Source: Eledone cirrhosa
Lineage: Eukaryota
DNA length: 64,000 nucleotides
Direction: 5' to 3'
Assembly: GCA_964016885.1 (NCBI GenBank)
Contig: OZ024756.1
Location: 14,384,001 to 14,448,000, forward strand
Shown: positions 53,100 through 64,000 of the stretch, one piece after another
Layout: each line of letters begins with the position of its first letter
How positions within the stretch are numbered: the stretch's first letter is position 1
Position numbers and translations under genes: made by a program
Notes under the pieces: generated by a model
Database searches by the model: none
Seen by the model: the letters and a program-made list of their open reading frames with translations, nothing else
What the model was told of the DNA's origin: nothing

Positions 53100-53740
53100 A
53101 GATTAAAAAAATTCGCCTTCTTGCATTTGCGGTACAACAAACATGATAAGTCACAGCAGAAACAGTAAAAGCATCCAAAGTTAAGACATAGGAGGACTTT
53201 GGGGTTAAGCTGGAATCTGACTTCAGATCAGCAAATAAAGTGTTTTGGCAGACCATCCACCAACTTTGTAATAAGAAGTCCTCCTCCACACCTGCTATCA
53301 AGAATGTGTCTGGGGTATCTTCTCTTCAGAGAGGTGCATTTTTGCAAGGTGGAGAGAATACTTTGTTGATCTCCTAAACCTGGTTGCAACAGCATCTTCT
53401 GATGTACATCTAGGAGCGATGACTAATCTCTCGGAGGCTGAAGTCATAAGAGCATTTAAAGAGCTCAAATGTGGCTAGGCTGCTGGGGAAGTTGAGATCT
53501 AGCCAGAGATGTTAAAAGCCTTAAATAGAGATGGTATTCTCTGGCTGACTTGTGTGTGTTGGGTGGCTTGGATCTCTGGAAAGGCATCTAAGCAATGGCA
53601 AGCACGTACGATAATCCCAATTTTCAAAATGGGAGATAAGAGAGATTGTTCCAATTATCGAGGGATCTCCTTCTTAAGCCTCCTTGGTAAAATCTATGTT
53701 AAGTGCCTGGCAAAGAGATGGAGGGAGATTGTAGGGAGAA
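53100..53740 (+). mobile_element. RTE-clade LINE, N-terminal RT fragment
   Basis: ANKVFWQTI, RWREYFVDLLN, PEMLKAL..IIPIFKMGDKRDCSNYRGISFLSLLGKIY. Confidence 0.85.
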
Positions 53741-53892
53741 AGACTAGTCATGCAGTTTCAATAACAGGTTTCATATTCCTAATAGGATTTTTTTTTTAGG
53801 CAGTGTTTTATAACCGGCTCTCGTTCTTGGTTCCAAGTCTTTAGGTCACCTTTTATGACATGCAAGGAGAGTCTACCTATTGTAAGCTAGAT

Positions 53893-54265
53893 ATACAAAG
53901 GGATGTGGTGCACCTAGTGTAAATCAAATATACACAGGGATGTGGTGCACCTAGTGTAAATCAGATATACACAGGGATGTGGTGCACCTAGTGTAAATCA
54001 AATATACACAGGGATGTGGTGCACCTAGTGTAAATTAGATATACACAGGGATGTGGTGCACCTAGTGTAAATCAGATACACTCAGGGATATGGTGTTCCT
54101 AGTGTAAATCAGATACACTCAGGGATGTGGTGCACCTAGTGTAAACCAGATATACACAGGGATGTGGTGCACCTAGTGTAAATTAGATATACACAGGGAT
54201 ATGGTGCACCTAGTGTAAACCAGATACACACAGGGATACGGTGTACCTAGTGTAAACCAGATACA
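53893..54265. repeat. 37-bp tandem repeat, about 10 copies
   Basis: ACACAGGGATGTGGTGCACCTAGTGTAAATCAGATAT. Confidence 0.93.
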
Positions 54266-54577
54266 GGCATTACACATATTTTAATAATATATCAACAAAC
54301 AGGTATTTTAATATAACAGTACTTTATTGGTGAATTTGCAATCATTTATAAAGAATTTGTGATTAAAGTTTTTGTAGTTCATCAAACTAGATGTTCAATA
54401 TTTGGCATTCCTCAGATTCTGAGCAGTGAGAATAACACACACACACACACATGTACTAATATTGTTTCATGACTTTTTCAGATACAAACTTCAAGATGAT
54501 TCACACACACAACACATACAAACAAAATGGTGTAGGACAGAACAGAGGAGAGACACACAAAAAAAAAACCAAAACAG

Positions 54578-54618
54578 TCACTGAGGAGGTCACAGAATGT
54601 GTGATGAAAGAGCTTTGA
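54578..54618 (+). ncRNA. Minimal hammerhead motif (family of 4778)
   Basis: TCA-CTGAGGA-G-GTCACA(GAATG)TGTGAT-GAAA-GAGC-TT-TGA; upstream AAAATGG(C/T)GTAG shared with 4731. Confidence 0.55.
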
Positions 54619-54812
54619 ATATAAATAAACAACCATCCGGTTATCAAACAAACCAACAGGTGCATGTGTTTTTGATTGGAAACATGACCCTCTGAATGTA
54701 TAACCATATATATATAGGAGAGAATTCATGAAAAGAACATGTTTTCATTACAGGGTGTATATTACCACTAAAGTGAAAGACATAAAAACTGTGAAAGGTT
54801 CATCGCTTCATA

Positions 54813-54855
<43 letters not shown>

Positions 54856-54856
<1 letters not shown>

Positions 54857-56122
54857 GAGATTTGTCCCAAAAGTAAAGGTACTGATTTTCCTATGTATGA
54901 CATAGTAAAGCAGCACCTCGATGTATATACATGTGTTGGCTATGAACTTGGTTGCATGGACATGTACAGATTTGTTTCAACATGATCGATTGAGTCAGAC
55001 GCGAGTTATAAACATATAACTGCAGTTTGTTTGCAATGCAGGAAAATATTGAACAACGGTATGTGATAAAATTTTCTGTGAAACTCAAAAAATTTGCCAA
55101 ACAAATTCTTTAACACAAGTTTATGGCGATGCCACTCTATCGAGAAGTAAGGTGAGGTGACACAAAGCTTTCAAAGAAAGGCAAGAAAATGTTGAAGACA
55201 AACCTCGTCTGGAAGGCTAATCTCGTCAACAAAATGAACAAAATGTGGAAGTAGCGCGAGCCATGAAGGAGAAAGATCGCTGATTAAGTGTTTGGATAAT
55301 TGCAGAAGAAATGGGTTTGGATGAAAATACAGTTCACAGATTTTTAACAGACCATTTGCACATGTGAAAAATTTGTGCAAAATTAGTGCCCAAACACTTG
55401 TCTGGGGAGCAAAAAGCAAACTGGCTGGAAATTTGTCAGGATTTGCTAGAAAGACTCAAAATTGAGCCAAATTTCTAGGATAAAGTAACAACAGGAGATG
55501 AATCATGGGTATCTGAGTACAAAACAGAGACAAAACGGCAAAGTGAAGAGTGGCACATGAAAAATACTCCTTGTCCGAAGAAAGCACACATGAACAGAAA
55601 ATGATGATTATCAATTTTTTTACAACAGCTGTGATATCGTTCACAAAGAATTTTTACCTCCAGGACAGTCAGTTAATTGCATCTTCTACAACGATGACTT
55701 GGAACAACTTCGAAAATGGATCCAGCAAGTCTGAAAGGACATTGCAGGAGATTGGGTACTGCACCATGATACACCACTTTCAAACAGAGAATTTCTGGTG
55801 AAGAAAAACATTCCCACTCTTCCACATCTTCCCTACAGCCCAGATCTAGCTGCGTGAGATTTCTACCTTTTCTCTAACTTGAAGTCAAAGTGGAAGAATC
55901 ATCATTTTGGGACTGTGGAAAACATACAAAAAATTGTAACTGACAAGCTAAGGAGACTCACAGAAAATGACTTCTTGTACTGCTCCTACCAATGGAAAAA
56001 ACGTTGAAACCACTGTATGACTTCCAAAGGGTTGTATTTTGAAGGAAATAATTTGTAATTTTATGTATGTCTAACATACATTTAAATAAAGCATCAGTAC
56101 CCTTACTTTTGGGAAAGCCTAG
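54856..56122 (+). mobile_element. Full-length defective mariner transposon
   Basis: About 30-bp TIRs (TCCCAAAAGTAAAGGTACTGAT / ATCAGTACCCTTACTTTTGGGA); relics EQRYVIKFSVKL, VTTGDESWV, HLPYSPDLA. Confidence 0.9.
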
Positions 56123-56277
56123 TATATATATATATATATATACATAAATATATATATATATACATACATATATATACACACACACTTACACACATATGTA
56201 TATAAATATATTGTCATCATGGTTTAACATCCATTTACCTTGCAAGTATATATATATATATAGTATATATATATATA

Positions 56278-56659
56278 GATGAGGTTCATACTACATTAAC
56301 ACATTGCAAATTACAAGCACATTCAAAAGCAACAGCAAAGCAGAAGTGGTGTTAAAAAACAGTATATCAAAATTTAGTACTTCTGTACATCCAGACATTA
56401 ACAGACATACGATTAAAATTATATGAGAATTTTAGTGTGCATATTGACAAAGACAACACTTTTAGGAAAAAGAAACTCAGGGCCTCAACTTCGTTGGCTT
56501 GTAATTTGCAATGTATTGATATGGTATAACCTCATCTCTTGTATGTATTACTCTTGAAACTTATAATAATATCTAAATTCCTGAGGATATGTAGAGCAAG
56601 GGACAGATACCTCATATATATCATGGTATGGTCTACCGCTATACAACATATGTAGAATT
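56278..56659. mobile_element. (TA)n-embedded element with inverted repeat (56278-56318 / 56497-56537) and broken hammerhead (56576-56659, plus)
   Basis: AATTC-CTGAGGA-..stem II..-AA-CATATG-TA-GAATT; palindromic stem III, but GAAA reduced to AA. Confidence 0.6.
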
Positions 56660-56792
56660 AAAATTATGTTTTAAATACAACTTGGTTATTCTCTCCCCAT
56701 TTACATATATATATCATCATCATCATCGTTTAATGTCCACATTTACAGTGTGTGCTGGGTGCTTTTTGTCGTGACTCCTACATGACCACTTT

Positions 56793-56825
<33 letters not shown>

Positions 56826-56924
56826 CGTACACGCATACACACACATCAGAAAAAAAATAGCAAAATATATTATTTAGAGAGGCACTTAACAATTTTACGC
56901 AATCAGATTAATTTATGCAGTAAT

Positions 56925-57032
56925 TCAGTAGTATTTCTTTAATTGTTTGTTTTCAAGTTTCAGCTGTTGATTTTCAGCCATCAGATCTTTGACAAAAGAT
57001 AACTGCTGCTGGAAGCCATTGAATAGTTCAAC
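56925..57032 (-). CDS. NEDD1: NEDD1-like (GCP-WD) terminal coding exon (VELFNGFQQQLSFVKDLMAENQQLKLENKQLKKYY*)
   Basis: Acceptor gtttcctttcag, phase 0, 36 codons to TGA; coiled-coil end resembles the NEDD1 C-terminus (recalled EIERLREENKRLR). Confidence 0.7.
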   Translation of the reverse strand, partial: VELFNGFQQQLSFVKDLMAENQQLKLENKQLKKYY

Positions 57033-57476
57033 CTGAAAGGAAACATACATACAAAGATACTTTAGTGGTTAGTTTACACAATTGATTCTTAACCTTTAGC
57101 ATGCTAGTAATTTTTATGAGTTGTTTCCCTTGAGATTGCATTATTTATTTAGGGGAGATTACTCTTATGGGACCCTGTGTCGCCAACAACACATTGAAGG
57201 TTAACTGCCTGAAACCACTCCAGGTTTTAGGATATAAAACAACAGATTATTTTAAAGTGATTATATTTATCTAAAAATGCTTCCATCATTATTCAATATA
57301 AGAACCTTTAGCATTTAAATTGGCTGTATCCGGTCAGAATTCTCTCACCTCTTTCCATTCAAACCGGCTGTAACCAACCACTCATACTGATGTTAACGTA
57401 TTGTTCTCAAAATAAATAATATCAAAATCTCATAGATTCGATATTATATGAGGTAAAGCCTTTACTGTGAAAATAT

Positions 57477-58500
57477 CATCATCATCATCGTTTAATGTCC
57501 ATCTTCGACGCTAGCATGGGTTAGACGGGAATTGTCCCAATTTGAAGCAAGGTTGGTCGGGTGACCGTGTCTCGCTCATATAGGACTATCTGGCAGGTTT
57601 TCTACGGCTGGATGCCCTTCCTAACACCAACCACATTTACAGTGTGGACTGGGAACTTTTTACCGTGTTACCTACACCGCCACATTACAGTGTGGACTGT
57701 GTTTTTTTTGTCGTGACCTACACGATCTCAATCTCATTTTCTCATTTATTTGGACTGGATGTTGTGGTACCAACTTTACAGAGAGAGGGTGGTGTTGGTG
57801 AGAGTGGGAGGCTGGAGCGGGGGTAGTGGATTGGGGTGCATATTTGGTTAAGAGGTGCCTACTAACTGCAGGTTTCGCTTTGTACATAGGCAAGGTGGGT
57901 CTTCTGTATTATTGCGTAGCGCCAAAGATCTGTGCAAGTGTGTAAGGTCGGAATTTATCAAATCTCCCTGGTTTTTCTGGGTCTACCTACTCCGTAACTT
58001 CCATCAATTTTGATCGCCCTGCACTTTCTTATACAGCTGTCATCTTTCATGCGCATCACGTTACCATACCAACGTAGCCTTCTCTCAAGTAAACATCTGA
58101 TCCCTCTTATTCCTAATTTCTCACTTAGCTCATTTATGCTTTGCCGTTCATGTATATTACTATTACATATCCAATGGAGCATGCATGCTTCGTTCCTTTC
58201 CAGTCTGTGCAGGTCCTCTGCACACAATGCCCATGTCTCACTGCCATGTAATATTGCTGTTCGTATACAGGCATCATGCAATCTGCCTTTCATTTTTAGA
58301 GAGAAACCTTTTGTGGTCAACAGCGGTATAAGCTCTCTGAACTTTTTCCATCCTATTCTGACTCTGGCTACTGTAATTTCAGAACACCCTCCTCCACTGC
58401 TGATTTTGTCAGGTAACAGAAAGTGTCCACTATTTCTATAGAACCATCTGGGCAATAGAAGGAGCTAGTATCCTGTGGGTACTTGCTACTTATTGCACCT
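57477..58500 (-). mobile_element. RTE-clade LINE 3' part with probable long 3' UTR ending in tail type A
   Basis: ARVRIGWKKFRELIPLL..LHGSETW..RRLRWYGNVMRM..GRPRKT, then non-coding sequence ending CCCGTCTAACCCATGCTAGC..(ATG)n. Confidence 0.8.
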
Positions 58501-58799
58501 GAGCATCAAAATCTACGTTCTTAAATAGTTTACCTGGTGATGTAAATGTTAAAGGGTTAAGTTATGCCCCCAAACACCAGAATAAACCTTTAACTTATTG
58601 AGCATTTTCAATATCATAGACAGTGTCTTTCATTAAAAATATGAAAGAGTTAACTAAAGTGTGTTATGTTGATAATCCCTCTAAATTATTTATTTTTAGG
58701 TTAACCAAAATTTGGTAGATGGGAGCTGTGTAGAAACCCATTATATAAATATTTATAGATTATCAGCATCATCACCGTTTTATGTCAATTTTTCCATAA

Positions 58800-59090
58800 C
58801 ATGCTTTGACCAATCACGCAATCTGTAACGGTTCCAAAAGGTGGCCATTAACTTAGACCACCGAGCAGATGACGCTGTGCATTGCAGTGATCCATCTTCT
58901 GAAGATGGGACCAAAGCCAGCTGCCTTGAAGATAGCTTCCAGGTATCGATGGTCAATCCTATCGAAAGCTTTTAATCGATCTAAATCAATTAGGGCCCCA
59001 TCAAAGCTAAGTTTACACCCTACCCTCTCTATGATGTATCATATGAGGTGGAGGTTGTCATGTATGGATCTAATCAGGATTGTGCACTTA
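58800..59090 (-). mobile_element. L1/Tx1-clade RT fragment
   Basis: RSIHDNLHLI..GALIDLDRLKAFDRIDHRYLEAIFKAAGFGPIFRRWI..VNG. Confidence 0.8.
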
Positions 59091-59303
59091 TGGTTCTTGT
59101 AACATGAAGTTCTGATTTAGGCACAAGGCTGACAAATTTGTGGGGAGCGGGGGAAAGTTGATTACCCCCCCCCCCCCCAGTGCATTACTGGTGCTTTATT
59201 TTTTTGATCCCATAAGGATGAAAGGCAAAGTTAACCCCAGCGGATTTGAGTTCAACAACACCAACACCAACAACAATAATAAAGGCTGGAGAAAGAGTCT
59301 TAC

Positions 59304-59636
59304 CTTTTGTTGTTGCATCATACGCAAAAAATTCATCTGCATACAGAGGAAATCATTGTGGATATTGTCGGTGAACTCTTCCATTGCATCCTGCACAACA
59401 CTGTGCACCAACTTGAAGGAAATTGAGCTGGATGATGGGATGTATGGTGCTGCTGCTGTAGTACTGCTGGGAACAACAAATTCTGTTGCAACTGCTCCTG
59501 CAGTAGTTGTTGTGGTGGTGGTTGTTGTTGTAGCTGTCGCTGCTTTCAGTGTTTCTGGTGCGAAGTGAACGCTGGGTGCAGTGAAAGCAGCAGACATTTT
59601 CTGCATTAGAGGCGTACTTGTTACAGGTGTAGATTC
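59304..59636 (-). CDS. NEDD1: NEDD1-like penultimate coding exon (111 aa; Thr-rich linker then gamma-TuRC-binding helix)
   Basis: Acceptor ctctttgcttccag, donor AAG/gtaaga, phase 0/0; SISFKLVHSVVQDAMEEFTDNIHNDFLCMQMNFLRMMQQQ aligns by eye with NEDD1 IRFIQNMIQETLDDFREACHRDIVNLQVEMIKQF. Confidence 0.75.
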
Positions 59637-59671
59637 CTGGAAGCAAAGAGAGTGAGAGAGAGTGAGAGTGA

Positions 59672-59733
<62 letters not shown>

Positions 59734-59982
59734 TTTCTTGTGCGTGTAGGGACATATACTTTATTATTATTATTCTCCTCTTGGTTGAGAAAAAATTTGG
59801 TCGTTCTGACTGCTACTAGTTATAGCGGGAGCAGACTGACCTCCCTGCCTTTGCTTCTATCTTTACACACGGCACTTGAAGGAATTGCTTCTACTTCATT
59901 TATTCTCATCTCGGGAACAATTTTGAATAGCGCCAGTTCGTAATTTGAACTCGGGAATTTTATATTCTCCGAGTGAAAAGAT

Positions 59983-60066
59983 CCTTCTGAGGAGAGTTTA
60001 TCTTTGCAATGGATGCCGTATGGACTGTCCGTTTATTTTTGAGACTCGAAACCGATTCGGTAAAGG
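59983..60066 (+). ncRNA. Type I hammerhead ribozyme, intact core, in a ~410-bp (TA)n-flanked element (59732-60140), intronic and antisense to NEDD1
   Basis: CCTT-CTGAGGA-GAGTTT(long loop)AGACTC-GAAA-CCG(ATT)CGG-TA-AAGG; GUA triplet; stem III can close as a monomer. Confidence 0.82.
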
Positions 60067-60136
60067 TAACCATAGTAAGTAAAGTTAATTTTTTAAAATT
60101 TATTTTGAAACTTTTTCTTATTTGCTAAACCTTGAT

Positions 60137-60190
<54 letters not shown>

Positions 60191-60319
60191 TAACAGATTA
60201 AAGTTTAGGGAACGTCTCCATGAACCACCTAATAGAATATTAGTCTACGACTTCATTTATACCATGAATGTGGTTTTGTCTTTGCGTGGAATTGTTTTCA
60301 CCGCTCCAAATAATGAAGT

Positions 60320-60630
60320 ATTGTTTCCTTGAGCAAGACATTTTATTTCACATTGCTCCAGTTCACTCAGCTGTAGAAATGAGATGATAGGGACTGGGGT
60401 CCCTATCATTCCACTGCAAAGTGGTCGTGGAGAGGCCACGGCAAAAAAGCACCCAGCCCACACTGTAAAGTGGACGTGTAGCTGCAACGGAAAAACAGCA
60501 CCCAGCACTCACTGTAAATGAGGTTGGTGTTAGGGAGGGCATCCAGCTGTAGAAATCAAGCCAGAATCAGTTCCCGTCCCACCCTTGCAAGCAGGGAAAA
60601 GCGGACGTAAAATGAAATGATGATGATGAT
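60320..60630 (+). mobile_element. 5'-truncated tRNA-SINE with tail type B
   Basis: Body matches the 6205-6592 family; ends CCCGTCCCACCCTTGCAAGCAGGGAAAAGCGGACGTAAAATG(ATG)n. Confidence 0.8.
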
Positions 60631-60635
60631 ATATA

Positions 60636-60736
60636 CAGGGTGTGCCAAAAAAATGTATACACACTTTGATTACCTGTACAGGCAATATTTATAACAAATC
60701 CATTCAGATGTGTATATATTATTTTGGAATACCTGT
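60636..60736. mobile_element. About 100-bp Tc1/mariner-type MITE
   Basis: TA-CAGGGTGTGCCAAAAAAATGTATAC ... TTTTGGAATACCTG-TA. Confidence 0.7.
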
Positions 60737-60756
60737 ATATATACATATATATATAT

Positions 60757-60788
<32 letters not shown>

Positions 60789-61167
60789 GAAAATTGAATT
60801 AGTAGATTTTGCCGTAACTTTCACTAAATAAAATAATGTAATAATAATGGAGTGTGTCACCCCACGCACCCTCCCATTTCCGTCCACTGTGTCGGTGACA
60901 CAACAAAAAGCACCCAGTCCACACTGTAAAGTGGTCGTGTAGGAGACACGGTAAAATGGCTCCCAGTCCACACTGTAAAAGTGGTTGGTGTTAGGAAGGG
61001 CATCAGCTGTAGAAAACCTGCCAGAGACACTTCTGTACGAGCGAGATACGGTCTCCCGACCAATCCCGCATCAAATGCAACAAATCCGTCTAACCCATGC
61101 TAGTGTGGAAGATGGATGTTAAACGATGATGATGATGATGATATATATATATATATTTATATACATA

Positions 61168-61860
61168 TCATCATCATCATTTTACGTCCTCCTTTCCCTG
61201 CTTGCAAGGGTGGGATGGGTCCTATTCAGCACAGCATTTCTCCATTCGTCATCTCCTCTGTCAGTTTCAGCGATCTGGGGTCTGCTCTCACCACCTCCGC
61301 CCATGTTTTTTGTGGTTTTCCTTTACTGCATCTTCCTTCCACTGGGATTTCTTGGCATTTCTTTACCCAGCGGTCATCTTGGCATCACATGTCCATAAAA
61401 TCGCAGTCTTTTCACCCGCACAACACAGCTTATCCCTCTTATACAGTTTCTCTCTCAACTCATCTATGCTTGGTCATTCACGCACATTGACATTTCACAT
61501 CCAACGGAGCATGCTTGCTTCATTTCTCTCCAGCTGTTGCATATCCTCTGTAGTTGCTGCCCATGTCTCACTACCATGCAGCATCGCGCATCTCACACAG
61601 GCATCATATAACCAGCCTTTCGTACGTAGGGAGAAAACCTTCTTTGTCAACATAGGAAGCAGCTCCCTAAACCTCTTCCAAACCGTCCTTATTCTAGATA
61701 CTATGGCCTCGGAGTACCCTCCTCCCTTGCTAATCTGATCTCCTAGGTATCGGAAGCTATCAACCACCTCTATAGATCCTACCTGCATTTGAAAAATGCG
61801 TCTATCACTACCACTTCTATTCTCAAATTTCCCTGAACATCTACTGCACATGTAGTTTTC
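61168..61860 (-). mobile_element. RTE-clade LINE 3' part with tail type B
   Basis: IEVVDSFRYLGDQI..WKRFRELLPML..MLHGSETW; ends CCCACCCTTGCAAGCAGGGAAAGGAGGACGTAAAATGATGATG. Confidence 0.85.
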
Positions 61861-61887
61861 CCTACCTATATATATATAGGTACATGG

Positions 61888-62228
61888 AGGTACATGGCTT
61901 AGTGGTTAGAGCATTGGCCTTGCAATTGAAAGGTTGTGAGTTCAATTCTCAGACTGGGTGATGTGTTGTTTCCTTGAGCAAGACACTTTATTTCACATTG
62001 CTCCAGTTTACTCAGCTGTAGAAATGAGATGATAGGGACTGGGGTCCCTATCATTCCACTGCAAAGTGGTCGTGGAGGTGCCACGGCAAAAAAGCACCCA
62101 GCACTCACTGTAAATGAGGTTGGTGTTAGGAAGGGCATCCAGCTGTAGAAATCAAGCCAGAATCAGTTCCCATCCCGCCCTTGCAAGCAGGGAAAAAGCG
62201 GACGTAAAATGAAATGAAATGAAAATGA
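61888..62228 (+). mobile_element. Full-length tRNA-SINE with tail type B
   Basis: Head TGGCTTAGTGGTTAGAGC..GTTCAATTC; body nearly identical to 6205-6592; different 3' end. Confidence 0.85.
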
Positions 62229-62242
62229 TATATACACACACA

Positions 62243-63206
62243 CAGGGTGTAACAGGTAAATTGGGACCATTTAAATATATTTATTATAATTGGTATAACT
62301 CGGAAAAAACAAACACTGTAAATTTTATGTTTATGCCAATTTATTGTGGAGTGTTTAGCATTTATTTAAGTTCAATGTGACTGCCATTTGCTTTCTTTAC
62401 CAGTTCAATCTGCTTATGAAATGATACGTATGCCTTGACTATTTCTTCCTTTTTCATTTTGCTGAATGCTTGATTAATGGAAGCCTTCAGTGAAGACAGT
62501 TGTGAGAAGTTGTATTGGATATTGCTTCAACTGCAGCCCATAGCCAAATATCACACAGATTCAAATCTGGTGAACTAAAAGGCTAGATATCTTTAGGGAC
62601 AAACATGAGTAATTCCTTCTTCAAAAATTCTTGCATCATAATGCTTCTTAATCGAAGGCAATAAAACATCTAAGACTTTGAGATACTCTGCTGTGTTGAA
62701 TTTAAGACCAGCTTCAATAAAATGAGGAGGCATCAATTTCCCATCACTTGCAACAGCTCCAAAGACCATAATGGAAGCCAGATTCTTGCTATGCATAGAT
62801 GAAGGAACTTGGGAAGGGTTGGTGTGTTTTCACAGTTTGCAACTACGTCTACCTCGAACGTCTTTTCATCCACGAAGAAGCAGACGTTTCCACCATGATG
62901 TTTCAGATGATTAACAAGTTTAGGACTTTTTTCAGCTCTAAAAACAGTAGATTTGGCAAACTTTGTGGCTCCAACACTCTCCCCAGCACTTTTACCGGTG
63001 CGGAATATTTCTGCAATTACATTTCTATGGTTTAATTCTTTATTAACATACTACTTTTTTTAAATTTCTTTTTTTTATTTCAGATTGAATAAATTATGAA
63101 TAAGTGATTACTCAAGCTGGTAATATTTAAAATTTAGACTCCAATAAAATCTATACAATTAGAAATATACCCATTTGAAACTTGTACCAATTTACCTGCT
63201 ACACTC
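62243..63206 (-). mobile_element. Defective Tc1/mariner-superfamily (maT-like) transposon
   Basis: TIRs GTGTAACAGGTAAATTGG / CCAATTTACCTGCTACAC; relics IMVFGAVASDGKLMPPHF..YLKVL and SSPDLNLCD. Confidence 0.8.
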
Positions 63207-63535
63207 AATGAGGAGGTGCGAAACAGAATTTGGCAAACCCTCCGGCCCTATGAAGACCTGTTGACCATTGTAAAAAAACACAAATTGAGATGGTACGGGA
63301 ATGTGATAAGATCTTCAGGGCTTGCCAAGACGGTCCTGCAGGGAACAGTACAAGGAGGAAGGAAGAGAGGCAGTCAGAAAAAGAGATGGGAGGACAACAT
63401 CCCGGAATGGACAGGCATGAGGCCAGGTGCAACCATGAGGAAGTCAGAGAGGGAAGAGGAATGGAAGAAGCTGGTTACTAGGTCATCTGTGGCACCCCAA
63501 CAGTCCACCAGTCTATGGGACAGATAAGATAAGAA
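63207..63535 (+). mobile_element. RTE-type LINE 3' fragment
   Basis: EDLLTIVKKHKLRWYGNVIRSSGLAKTVLQGTVQGGRKRGSQKKRWEDNI, with (GATAA) tail. Confidence 0.8.
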
Positions 63536-63569
63536 AATAAGATATATATATATATAAACACACATACCA

Positions 63570-64000
63570 AGCCATGTATAGGGAAGCAGTCAGCAAAGTT
63601 AGGGTTAACAATGGCTATAGCGAGGAATTTAGCATACAGGTCGGTGTCCACGAGTATTGCAGGCTATAACAGAAGAGCTTAAGACCGGATGCCCATGGGA
63701 ACTTCTGTATGCGGATAATCTTTCACTTATAACTGAATCTATGGTGGAACTAGAGAAGACATTCCAAACATGGAAGGGACTAGAAAGAAGGGGTCTTAAA
63801 GTCAACCTAACAAAGACTAAGGTCCTCATAAGTAGACGAGAAAACAAAACCCAGATCCCCTCAGGGAAATGGCCTTGATCAGTATATAAGAAAGGTGTAG
63901 GTAGGAATTCCATGCTCTGCCCCAAATGAGGTACACAAGAGATGTAGTGGGATCTCAGGAAGCTTAGTTAGGAATGTAGGCTTTACATGCAGCAGCAAAC
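63570..64000 (+). mobile_element. RTE-clade RT core fragment
   Basis: AITEELKTGCPWELLYADNL..GLERRGLKVNLTKTKVL (decayed YADD motif). Confidence 0.8.

Overview
Repeat-dense, AT-rich animal genomic DNA. The SINE, RTE and microsatellite repertoire suggests an octopod cephalopod (inference, not a database result). Roughly 30% is tandem minisatellite (units of 18, 26, 30, 37, 41/43, 42, 50, 55, 65, 67, 86 and 117 bp). Much of the rest is decayed R4/Dong, CRE, L1/Tx1 and RTE LINEs, tRNA-derived SINEs, Tc1/mariner, hAT and TTAA-type DNA elements, and (TA)n/(CA)n/(GA)n tracts. Host genes: the last two coding exons of a NEDD1-like gene on the minus strand (59304-59636, 56925-57032); three phase-compatible plus-strand exons of an unidentified protein (3901-3981, 7570-7697, 10888-10948); and a speculative minus-strand chain of small exons (31025 to 17215). 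The main hidden signal is a set of short non-coding elements beside (TA)n/(CA)n tracts that carry minimal type I hammerhead ribozyme motifs. There are 7 with complete or near-complete cores (one with a compensatory U3:A8 pair) plus several relics, from at least 4 sequence families. Many related elements fold back into long inverted repeats whose axis lies at or near the ribozyme. This architecture matches Penelope-like pLTR or retrozyme-type non-autonomous retroelements; no Penelope ORF is present in the window. Almost all ORFs in the supplied track are microsatellite or tandem-repeat artefacts.
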